A stretch of DNA of 39,684 nt, from positions 30,152,224 through 30,191,907 of the forward strand of contig NC_068989.1 in NCBI RefSeq assembly GCF_001194135.2, written 5' to 3'. The first letter of the stretch is position 1, and the number at the start of each line of letters is the position of its first letter. This document shows, one piece after another, positions 1 through 10,974 of this stretch. Below the pieces are notes generated by a model. That model ran no database searches. It was not told the DNA's origin and worked only from the letters and a program-made list of their open reading frames with translations. The DNA is from Octopus bimaculoides. Its lineage: Eukaryota. The position numbers were made by a program, and so were the translations under genes.

Positions 1-212
1 ATATATATATATATATATAAGCCTTATATACAGCACACTTCTTTTATCTAATTTCTGCCTTCATTCTGATATTATATAGTTTTGTACTAATGTTGTTTTT
101 TTGGCTATCATAGTAATTTAAAAACCCCACTTACATATTAAAACTGAAAATGTGTGTGTGTGTGTATCGGTATGTCCTCGTTTTGTGCCAAAACCGCTTG
201 ACCGATTTTTCT

Positions 213-577
213 TAAACTTCACACACACATTGCTTATGTGTCTGGGGAGGTTTTAAGTATAAATTGATTTTGAAAAATGTTCGGTTAAACAGCGGAGGAA
301 TAACATTTGGGTGCGGTTGAATGGTGGGTGTAATTATTTTTAAGCTTCCAAAGGAAATAACTCATTCCTTCCTTCGTAAATTATTTGGCAAAAATGAAAT
401 TGAGTGTGCTTATTTCTTAGTATTTGAACTATTTTAGCTATTTCCTCACTTTATCCAGTACAATGCTTAAACAAGTAAATATAAACTTCACACGCATGTT
501 GCTTATGTGTCTGGGGAGGTTTTAAGTATAAATTGATTTCGGAAAATGTTCGGGTAAACAGCGGAGGAATAACATTT
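213..577 (+). repeat. 96-bp direct repeat pair (213-308 and 482-577) in the Helitron 5' region
   Basis: taaacttcacac...gcttatgtgtctggggaggttttaagtataaattgattt...aaacagcggaggaataacattt occurs twice with few mismatches. Confidence 0.9.
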
Positions 578-600
578 ACAGCTGACAGGCTAGGACTTCA

Positions 601-2501
601 ATGGCCCTCAAGCCATTAAAAGCTTTCACTTACGATCCCAGTTGTGACTACAGCAGCAGATTGGACATTACAATTGGCACAATGAGTAGGATCTGCAATT
701 TTTGTCAGGCCAAAAAGTGGCCCAGGGAAACCCCAGGCATGTGTTGCTCAAATGGTAAGATTAAAATACCTCCATTAGAAGATACCCCCCATCTTTTGGT
801 TGACCTTTTGACTGGGGCTTCGCCTTTCTCTACTAAATTTCTTAAGCGCATTTGTGCCTATAACTGTGCCTTCCAAATGACTTCATTCAGGGCTAATATC
901 ATTAGAGAAGGACAATTCATGCCATCCTTTAAAGTTCAGGGGCAAATATATCACAGGCTTGGTTCTCTTCAGCCAATTGATACTGCCTCGCCTCAGTTTC
1001 TACAACTTTACTTCATTGGCGACTACACAAACCAGTCCTTCTTACCTGGTACTGACCTAGCCTTAATATGTCAGCTCCATGAATTGATTCACGAAACAAA
1101 ACAGCTTTGTTCGCAGTTTTAAGTATGCCTTAGAAATAGCTGACTCTCCAGAGTTCACTTTAGTTATCAATGCGGACCATAGGCCTTCTTGGCAACACGC
1201 TCACCGCTATAATGAGCCCTCATGTAATGAGGTTGTGGTGCTTATTCGAGATGAACAACACCAAAATAGGGACATAGTCTTGCACCGCTGAGACAATGTG
1301 CTCCAACAAATTTACAAAACCCATAGGTTCTACGACACACTTCAGTATCCCTTACTTCATACTCATGGAGAAGACGGTTTTCACTTAAACATTCTCCAAT
1401 AAAACCTATCAGAGGAAGGTTCTATTGGCAGTAAATCAGTTATGTGTATGGCTTACTATACCTATTGGTACATGGTTAGAGACAGCAGTTTGAATCACCT
1501 ACACCTTTCTTGCGACCTCTTTCAACAACATGCCGTAGACAATGCTGTTAAGATTGAGTCTCAGCGCTTACAATACATACGATTCAATCAGGCTAAGCTA
1601 CAGGCTGAAAAGTACATCCATCTCAGAGATAGCATCAATAACAATGTTGCCCCTGGAAGGATAGGTCAATTGTGCATACTTCCGTCTTCCTTTACTGGTA
1701 GTCCTCTATATATTCATGAATGTACGCAAGACGCCATGATTTACATTCGGCACTACGGTGGGCCCGACCTTTTTATTACCTTCATTTGTAATGCCAGGTG
1801 GAATGAAATACAAGCGAATCTTCTGCCTGGTCAACAAGCCCATGATAGGCCTAATGATATTGCGAGAGTTTTTAGACTTAAACTACTTAAATTCCAGGAC
1901 CTCCTCAGCAATGCTCAAATATTTGGCCATGTTAAAAGCTTCATGTTCACTGTTGAGTGGTAAAAGAGGGGCATGCCTCACATACACACACTTCTGTGGT
2001 TAAGTCAGAAAATAAATCCAAATGACATAGAGAAGCTAATTTTTGAATTCCTTGGAACCTTCAGGTGTACCTCCACATATTCTTACTCTTAAAGTAGGTA
2101 GCCCTGTTATGCTGATAAGGAATTTAAATCCACCAAGGTTGTGCAATGGTATATACCTTATTACCACAAAATTACTTCCCAATGTCATTGAAGCAATGAT
2201 TATGACTGTCTGTGGTAAAAGTCAAGACGTCTTCATACAGCGAATTCCCCTTGTGCCTTTTGCTGCTGACTTACCGTTCACATTCCGCAGAGTGCAGTTT
2301 CTGATCAGACTCAGTTATGCCATGTCCATTAATAAGTCCCAGGGGCAGTCACTGTCAGTCGTTGGACTTTACTTAGCCAAACCATGCTTTTCAGACGGTC
2401 AACTGTATGTTGGCTACTCAAGAGTGGGTTGTAGGAACAGTTTACATGCCTTCATCCCCCAAGGAAAAACTAAAAATGTTGTTTATAAAGAAGTTTTGTA
2501 G
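601..2501 (+). pseudogene. Helitron Rep/helicase (RepHel) pseudogene
   Basis: N-terminal Zn motif CNFC..KKWPRETPGMCCSNGK; Rep motifs PDLFITFICN and VEW*KRGMPHIHTLLW (HUH); PIF1-like C-terminus LNSLEPSGVPPHILTLKVG...YAMSINKSQGQSL...GQLYVGYSRV. Several stops and frameshifts. Confidence 0.92.
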
Positions 2502-2976
2502 ACTTACCATACTGGCACCATATTTCAGTCCTACGCTATTGCTGTTATAATTTTTGTTGCTTTATTTTTTCACTTGATTACACATGTGGTTCCCTTAAAG
2601 AGTTACTTAGGTGTTAGTCTTGCCATAAAGTGTGAAAGGTGCTTAAGGGAGTGAGGTGTTAATCGCTTTATTAGTTTCAGAGCCTTTTCGATCTAACACA
2701 CCCAGGCAACTCCTAGTATGCCTGCTAGTTTTCATCAAAGTGAAGAACGGAAATTATCACCTCCAATTACCATCACTTTTCAACTCTGGTTTTCCACAAA
2801 AGAAAAAAAAAAAATGCAAAATGTATTTTCATATATAAAATAAACCTGTTAGCAAGGTGACAATATCTAGCATGAATTTCTGTAATTTTATGGGAGTTTT
2901 TCATGTGATGTTCTATTTTACCTTTTCTAAAGAGGCATACAGATTATTTAGGCACTGAGCGTTTTACTTCAAAATA

Positions 2977-3083
<107 letters not shown>

Positions 3084-3399
3084 ACTTATGTAAACACTGT
3101 ATGTATGTGAATGCTGAGTGCTAACAATGTGCAAACGTTGTGGACATGTACTTGAGTATTTTTATTTGTGTTTGTGTATGTTGATTACTTAATTGGAGAA
3201 TGGATAGTGTTTAAATCTGGGTTATCTAGTATTGCTACACTTGTTTCATTAGGAGTCTTTATTGTGACATAAGCATCATAAAATTAGATTGCCTAAAATA
3301 TTACATAAATCCCAATTCATCAGACCACTAAATAAACAAGTGAGCATTGATTTGTTAATTAATTAACAGATCATCAACAACTGAAATTTCTAATTAGAA

Positions 3400-3945
3400 A
3401 TACCAACATTTAAGAAATTTAAGGTCAGTGTCTCCTCAACCTATCAATCTAGAGGGGTGGATACTGGTATAAGTTAAAGGCATTAATATTCTCTAAAGAA
3501 GTCATAAATCCTAGAGCCTCCCCCAGCAGAGGCCAGTAGAGGCCAGTAGAGGTAGAATTTACAGCAGATAAATGATACCAAGCATGGAATTTGACCCTTT
3601 ATTTACTATATTACTTTAGATTGGGACAGGAGAGATATGGAGACCACTGATGCACAAGTTTGGGATGTGGGGGACTAATTTTTCATGTTCAACATTCAAA
3701 TATGAACATTTCTTTTGACTAAATTCCATTCTTATGTCAGCTGAAAGTGTTGTTATTAATTCTAGCTGTTTTTTGGCATTGTTAACATATTTAGCATAGA
3801 TTTATGGGTTACATTAATATCTCTAGCAGTTGCAGATTTGATTCTTGTAGCAGGAATGATAATGGCCTTAATATCAAAATGAACAGAATTAGAGAAACAC
3901 TATCTACTTAGTATATTCCCTTTGAAATATTTATAACATTGGAGA
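3400..3945 (-). mobile_element. R4/Dong-like (RLE) non-LTR retrotransposon, downstream RT portion
   Basis: Minus translation gives SNVINISKGIY*VDSVSLILFILILRPLSFLL (GIFQGDSLSPLLF-like) and IYAKYVNNAKKQLELITTLSADIRMEFSQKKC. The F/YxDD region appears deleted. Left boundary approximate. Confidence 0.75.
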
Positions 3946-5888
3946 CAGTGGAGGGCACAGCTAACCAAAAAGTTTCGCTAACCATTAGTTTGCTAAATAA
4001 AAAAGTTAGCTATGCAAATTCTAAACTGCTAAACAGGTAAAAAAATTAGTGGAAGCTAAAGCTAACTAATAACCACTAACTTTTATCATATAAATTTAGT
4101 TTCGGTTTGGTTTTTTGGCTCTAAAACCCTTAAAAACAGACTTAGAGTGCTGAAATTTTCATGTTGCAGTTTAGACATAGAGCTTTTCAAAAAGGTATAG
4201 CATGCCAAGATCAGATAATGATCAAAGTGTACACAAATAATTAAATGAACAAATGAAATTAAACATTAGTTTTTCAGTCAACATACACTTTATTTACTGT
4301 ACAAATAGAACTAAATGTATCAAGGTATAGTATTGCATAGGTATCATGCCAAGAGCAGATGATGATCAAGGTGTATTACTCTGGCTGGGCCTTCTCCATC
4401 GCCTTGATGTGATGCTGATTGCCCTTCATAAACATCAGCCTCTCAAAGTTACCATCTGAAAGAGTGACTCTCTTGGCCCTCAAAATAGCTTTGCCCATAG
4501 AGTATAGGTGCTCAACTGTAACACTGAATGGGATGGCAGTTTTATACTTGGTAAACAGCTCAATCAAGACCTGCTTACCCAAAAAGGCAACTTCATTCAG
4601 GACCTCCTTCGAAATGGCCTCCAACCAGGTCTTCACTAAGCTTTGCGCCTTGGATTTCAGTGACCTGTGGTTCCTGCTCACCTGGAACTGAGTGATGTTG
4701 CTGAAGAAATCATCTTCCTCATCTTCATTGCTGGTGGTACTGCTGCCTTCCTCATTGGTCTCCATTATAGCTGTCTCTATAATGGTCTCCATGGCATTCA
4801 TTACTCTGCTAACCTGGCTGTTATTATACTGCTCTAGCCAGAACAGACGAAACTTAGGGTGGAAGGCAGCAACCAGCTGGTACTCCAGGTATTCTAGGAG
4901 GAGCCCAAACATTTTTGTGATGCTTGCCAGTATTGCATCTACCAGAGGACTGCAATACAGGAGATATTTGAACTTGGCCTCCTTCAACTTCATGGCAATA
5001 ACCACTACAGTTGGTAGAAGGTTCCTGAGACAGACTTGGTCCTCTCTCTGGATATTGTCCAAGGCCTTGGCAACATTAGACATCACCTGGACATACTCTT
5101 TCAGGAAGCCGACATCAGAATCAGTGAAGGTCTACAGCTTCAGCTGTGTCATTACCCTGTCAACAGCTCCCCTATTCTTCTCCAATAGGTTATTGAGGAC
5201 AAGGTAGAATTCCATCTGGTTCTGTTGGGGACCAACAGCTCCCTCTTCAATGTGCCCAGAATGCTGTCTGCCATCACTGTGCTGCGGCTCTGCACATTCC
5301 ACAGCCACTGTGCCTTGGACATGGCCTTCCTGTAGGCCAACTTGAATGAAGCGCTGTCAAGAGCCTTGTTGGCATTCATGCTGGGTACCAAGTTGAAGGT
5401 ATGGGCTGTGCACTTCATGTGCACTGGAAGGTTTAGGCCCAGATCACTGGACTCATGAAGGATGGTACCAACAAAGATGGACTTAACTTCGTCCACATCC
5501 CCAGCCTTGGGATCCATGTCCAGGTCTACATCCTCGACACACTCTACATCTGGATTGGCAGCAGCCTCAGGAATATCTGGAAAGAGTTCAACTTCTGTAC
5601 CATACTGCATAAATGCCTTAACAAAATTTCTGTCATTGTTCATTGTGGTCCTGGTCACCTTGTCTTGCAAATGAAACTTGTAATGGGTGTCCACCGTGGC
5701 CTGGGTAAGAACATCAAAGGTGTGATGTCCTCTGAGCTGAGAGCAGACCAGGGTGGTGTGTTGTCTCATATGTGTCTTGGGATCCAGCCAGTATGCTGTC
5801 ATCCCTAGGTAGGAACTGTTGTGGGCCAACCAACAGTCCATGGTGGTCACCACCCAAGGAATATCCTTAAGCAATCTATAATTAAAAA

Positions 5889-5913
5889 TTTTAAATTGCT
5901 GCTAGCCACCTTG

Positions 5914-5982
<69 letters not shown>

Positions 5983-6007
5983 CAAGGTGGCTAGCAGCAA
6001 TTTAAAA
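5889..6007. repeat. Fold-back palindrome: 25-bp perfect arms around (ATT)12/(TAA)9
   Basis: ttttaaattgctgctagccaccttg (5889-5913) is the exact reverse complement of 5983-6007. Confidence 0.95.
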
Positions 6008-6816
6008 CCAAGAAGGAAATAATTCACTGTCACTAAGAGTGACAAGGGTGCAGTGAGCACCAGAATTGCTAGAAACAGGAATTGTAGACTCCTTAGCAAC
6101 AAAAACACATGGTCTCTTTGTAGTGATGGGGGAGAAAACCCTCCCCACTCTGAGTGAGATGCATTAGATTAGCATGCTAATTTCGTATAGGAAATTAATA
6201 CTCATCAGTAATGCTCACTCCATCACATCTGGTTAGAAGCCAACTCACTCTGTCAATATTATGGAGAATGCCATTGGAATCAGTGATTGATTTCACAAAA
6301 TGGCAATGTAAAAAATTATAAAATAATCAAAGTGGCTAGCAGCAATTTGGAACCAACAAGGAAACAATTCACTGTCACTATATATAAACTGATGCAGAGT
6401 ATGATTAAGGCCTACTAAAAAAAAAACAACTACCCTCTCATCTGCATCTCCATGCAAGCTGTAATGGCTTTTGTAAGCACATGGTTTGTACAATTTTTTG
6501 CAGTTAGGAAGGAGGTAGAACATTTGATCGCAGTATGTTATAACCGTATTTTGTATATAGAAATTACACAGATTGTAGGTTCATGTTTGTTACTAGGCTG
6601 TTCTAAATTCATGGAAATATTGCTTATAATTTAAATACTTGTTATTAAACTTATGAAAATAGTGACACATTGGGTGGGGGGATGAATAACCAAGATGAGA
6701 ATGGCTGGAATTTGATAAGTTCAGAAATTAAGGTTCATTTATTCGTTATTTCATTAATGACTGCTGTTTTGGCTGTGCAGACTTATTCATCAGTGGAATA
6801 TATATATATATATATA

Positions 6817-6933
6817 TATATTTAAGAATTTAAGGATTGGAGAAAACGCATGTTATAATTGCATACTTTATTCCTGGAATAAAGTATGCAATTATAACAT
6901 GCGTTTTCTCCATTCCTTAAATTCTTAAATATA
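6817..6933. repeat. Fold-back palindrome, 58-bp arms, 1-nt loop
   Basis: 6817-6874 is the reverse complement of 6876-6933 with one mismatch. It abuts a (TA)n run. Confidence 0.95.
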
Positions 6934-7077
6934 CTCAAATACCCAAAATTTCAAGGAGTTCCTGCCTTAAAAACAGGAACTAAACCACAGTTATTTTGTG
7001 TTCTTTGCTACATTGTTTTCTATTAACCCATTTATTCTATCAGAAGAATTTTTATTCATTAAGATAGAAGAAATACA

Positions 7078-7126
<49 letters not shown>

Positions 7127-8264
7127 CGTAAATTATATATTTTGACATTTATTTCAATTAGCTATTATACATTTTATTACATTAATTAAGAAAATAATTA
7201 TTTGCCATACTAAAAATTTAATAATCTTGTATAATTTAAATTTAAATGCCTTGTAAGATACTCCTCCAGCTCTTTATAGCTGGCCAAGATCATCTTGTCC
7301 AGAGTGCGATGAGACATCAACATCCTGCTGGGGTTCAACATCTTGATCAGGTCAACCAAGGTGAGGGACTCCACTACATGCAGCGGTAGCATGTTGTCAA
7401 CAAACAGGTCTACAACTCTTCTGTCTACCATAGACTGATGGATACCAGTATCAGCAGTTTGGGCAAACACCTTGCCAATGTTGGGCTGGTGTGCTTTCTT
7501 TGCACATGGCTGTGACAACTGGCTACTGGCACTGCTACCAGAAGATTGTCTGTGTTTCTCACAGGAAGAACCAACCTTGATCCTCTCCTCAAATTGGATG
7601 GCATGCACAGGGCATTTCCTCTTGGCATGTGACTTCAAGTTGTAGAGGGCTCACTGTTTGTCCCTTGATGGTGGTCTTCTTGGGCTAGCACATAACATAC
7701 CAGAAGTACAGGATTTTAGCATTCCTCATATCCCTTGACGTAAGGACAAAGTAGTCCTCTATGTGGGGCCATGGGTTCTGAGACTCCTGGCTCTCATCTC
7801 TACCTCACCCCACAGCCATTGCAGACTCCTCAACAGGCTCTTCATCCTCAGATTGAACAAAACATATTCACTTTCCATAACAACAATTGACACTTTGATA
7901 AGCCAATAACGTACACTGCTGCCGCTGACACTCTAAGACTGTTTGAGATGTGACAATTTTGTAAGTGAACACAACTCAAAACTTCAGAATTACACAATGC
8001 TGCTCAGCTAGCTGCTGCTGCATCGACCAATCATGTCTTGTCATGTGTACACATAATCAGCCAATAGTGTGCCTGATGGACTCTTTGAGACACACCCACA
8101 ACAGACAGGAACAAACATGTGAATTAGTTAGTAGAACTAAATTTAGCAGAAGCTAATTGGTCTGCTAACGGTTTCCAAAGTAAGTGAAAATGCTAATCCA
8201 CTAAACAAAAAGTTAGCTTCGCTAATTAGCTGTTAATGGATTAACAGAACCATGCTCACCACTG

Positions 8265-9560
8265 TTTGAAGATGATCATTCCACTTTCAGTTGTAAGAAT
8301 GAGAATTATTAACTCAGTCTTTGTGAGCCTTTCAATTGCAGTAACTCAATTAGCAAACACTTTGCCAAATGTAGACACTTCAGCAGCCATGTGTGGGGAA
8401 TAGACTAGAATATCTACCTATAATCAAGCCATACTGTTGTAAGGCTCCTGCATTGTTTTTTTTATTACTTCAAACAGTACAGCTTTGGTTATCAAAAGTT
8501 GTCCTTACATCCCCACATTCCAGATTCTCAACCAGTGATTCAAGATCTTCTTAATATAGAGCTTTCTTATTGTACAGGCTCATTCAAAAATTTACCTATG
8601 GTAGCAAAATTTTTCACTCAGAGTCCTGAATTCATGTTTTAGAGTAATTGACTTTCTTTCAAGAGCTTGGTGTGAAGAATCACCATAGAATTTTGTTAAT
8701 TTATTCATAAGATGTAATTGGTGAGGTGTAAACTTATTATTCCTCTTACTTTTTACTACTGTGGCTAACCATCCAATATGATGGCACAGATTGTTGATGC
8801 TTTTTTCAAGATTTGTTTTCCATCTAGGTTGCTTACATTTATTAATTTCATTATCATGTAAACTGTAGATTTTTTCTTGGTGTTCTTCAAAGTGATAGCA
8901 GCTGTGTATATGAAGATATTAATATTCAAGTAATTAACATCACATGATTCCATGTGTTCTCCAGCAACATTGTTGATAATTTTCAGCATTAGAGCTGTTT
9001 GATTTTTTCCTAATCTTGTTGAGAAGAATCTGTTGCTTAACGATAGTTTCAAAAAAGTAGAAAAGCTTTCTACAAACTATGGCTTCAAAATGTTTCTAAA
9101 TCGAATATATTCCACAGCTGTCTCTGTTGACTCAGCTTATTTGTAGAGACACAATTTAATAACAGTTTTTCTATATTATTTATGATCTATCTTCTGGCAG
9201 ATTTTGGCCAGTTCTCAGTGTTTTAAGAAGATTGATTTACATCATGAAAGCAAGCCATTTAGCTATTTTTTAAAGAAAGATGCTTGTTACCAAAACTGTT
9301 TTGCTGTGAAGGTGCTTAAGTTGGGGTGAGCTTCAGCCCAGTATTTTTTTAACTGTTTCATATATCCAATAAAGGGTCATCGTGGGATTTTCATAGCACT
9401 GAAGTAAATTTTGGTTTAGATGTAGAATCCAAGTAAAATGAGAAGAATACTTATATCTTCTTAAATAGCATACTGGTGCTGCAGTGTTGTTTCCATTGGT
9501 GGTATTATTAGTTTCAGCCATGAACATGTCAGCAGAATGGTATAAGTTCTATTTTGAAAA
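8265..9560 (-). mobile_element. R4/Dong-like LINE, upstream portion (N-terminal ORF and start of RT)
   Basis: INIFIYTAAITL and KPRWKTNLEKSINNLCHHIGWL resemble the R4-type N-terminal region. RSLTTVWLDYR*IF*SIPHTWLLKCL resembles the WIDYKKAYDSVPH RT motif. It continues across the hAT into 3945. Confidence 0.72.
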
Positions 9561-9725
9561 CCTGGTCTGAATGACATTAGACTTGTAAGTAAAATGTGTT
9601 TCTCTTATAACTGGAAAAATAAACTGTTACTGATTTAGACTGGAGGAACCAGCGTACAAGAAAATGTTCAAGAAGAAATTTTATATGGTTCCCTATATAT
9701 GTACATCTGATGTTGATAGCACCAT

Positions 9726-9851
9726 GTTCTATGTATGTATGTATGCATGTATGTATGTATGTATGTATGTATGTGTGTGTGTATGTATATATGTACGTAC
9801 GCATGCATGCATGCATATATACATGTATAAATATATGTATAGCTGTATCTA

Positions 9852-9892
<41 letters not shown>

Positions 9893-9902
9893 NNNNNNNN
9901 NN

Positions 9903-9939
<37 letters not shown>

Positions 9940-9962
9940 CATATGCATGTGTGTGTTTGTGT
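9726..9962. repeat. Compound (TATG)n/(TA)n/(TG)n microsatellite with a 10-N gap at 9893-9902
   Basis: Direct reading. Confidence 0.95.
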
Positions 9963-10198
9963 GTGCATTTATAGTCAAACAGGTGAGACCCAGAAATGCT
10001 CAATATAGAAAACACATAGTAGTGCTCAAATGATTTAAACCTTACACTCTGAAATCTCTATTGAGGACTAAGTCCATGAAGTAAAGAGATTGGCAATCTC
10101 TCCACCCTGAGGACAGAGGCCAGATTTACAGTAACATTTATATGCATCCACTGCTGGTTGCATATCCTTGACTTTTTGCACACTCAGTTTGCCAACAA

Positions 10199-10790
10199 GG
10201 ATCTTTTTTAAAACGGGGGCCACATTTTTCATTAACGAAACACTTTGAAACTTGGAACACTGGTAGAATGTGTCATATAAAATATCTTTTTCTCTTAGTC
10301 TTCTTAAAAAAAAAAGAAATCCATAAGTTATTCCATGTTAAAGTTGTCGTATTTCTGTAATTTCAACCAATCACTGACGTCCATTCAGCCGATATACATT
10401 AAGTGCCGACTACATAAACAAACGATTCTGAAACAATTAACCCTAACCCTAACCCTAACCTTAACCCTAGGGTTAGGGTTAGGGTTAGGGTTAGGGTTAA
10501 AGCAAATTTAAAATGAAAAAAGCAAATAAAACGAAGGTATGGAGATTAAATACGCTTTACATCGCTTAATCAGCCAAAGGAGTAAATGTAAACAACTGAA
10601 TACTTGTCAGTGATTGGTTGAAATTATCGAAATAAGACAATTTTTTACATGAAATAAATTCGAATACAAAAATATTTTTCTGTTCTATAACACAAAATAG
10701 ATAAGTATACGAAGTTTGAAAGTCTTTCCGTACCAAAAACACTACGTAAAACATTAATGAAAAATGTGGCCCCCGTTTTAAAATAGATCC
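10199..10790. mobile_element. 592-bp non-autonomous TIR element (MITE), Merlin-like
   Basis: ~36-bp TIRs GGATCT[T/A]TTTTAAAACGGGGGCCACATTTTTCATTAA; perfect 8-bp TSD GCCAACAA (10191-10198, 10791-10798). GG termini with an 8-bp TSD fit Merlin/IS1016; the superfamily call is inference. Confidence 0.85.
10437..10500. repeat. Inverted telomeric repeat (CCCTAA)5/(TTAGGG)5 palindrome
   Basis: 32-bp arms, no loop, centre at 10468/10469, one mismatch. Confidence 0.97.
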
Positions 10791-10974
10791 GCCAACAATA
10801 CATAATTCTGAAATACCATGTCCTTTCCCCTTAGTTTTCTGTATTTTTTGTACTGCATGTAAATCTGTTCTGTAAATATATAAACATTTATATACTTATA
10901 TTTGAATGTTCATCTTTTGAATATTTTCAGTTTCTGTTTCTCTCTATATATGTCTCTGTATATATTTACATATA

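Larger units (their letters stand above)
130..2728 (+). mobile_element. Helitron, internally deleted and degenerate
   Basis: The 5' end reads ttacatattaaaactgaaaatgtgtgtg (start approximate). It encodes RepHel fragments. The 3' end is acccaggcaactcctagtatgcctgCTAG|T, a decayed hairpin plus CTAG at 2725-2728 followed by T. Confidence 0.9.
4376..7870 (-). pseudogene. hAT transposase (BED finger, DDE core, C-terminal dimerisation domain), two probable exons ~7870-7251 and 5878-4376
   Basis: NPWPHIEDYF...C*PK...YNLKSHAKRK (BED-like); WVVTTMDCW; HMKCTAHTFNL; PNRTRWNS; LVAAFHPKFRL; KYKTAIPFSVTVEHLYSMG...LSDGNFERLMFMKGN. Frameshifted. Confidence 0.9.
3946..8264 (-). mobile_element. hAT DNA transposon, full-length outline, decayed
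   Basis: TIRs CAGTGGAGGGCA (3946) and CAGTGGTGAGCA (reverse complement, ending 8264); GCTAA/TTAGC-rich subterminal repeats; imperfect 8-bp TSD attggaga/tttgaaga (6/8); hAT transposase inside. Confidence 0.9.

Noticed and set aside
4201-4375. 31-bp direct repeat (4201-4231, 4345-4375)
   Set aside because: Ordinary subterminal duplication in the hAT 3' region.
4419-5808. Plus-strand ORFs of 70-171 aa
   Set aside because: Antisense shadows of the hAT transposase.
9577-10033. ORFs rich in YI/CV/HT repeats (also 13092, 19041, 21185, 38337-38784)
   Set aside because: Translations of microsatellites or N runs.
10437-10500. Telomere-telomere fusion scar
   Set aside because: A fusion gives (TTAGGG)n(CCCTAA)n. 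This is the reverse order, short, and inside a TSD-flanked MITE.
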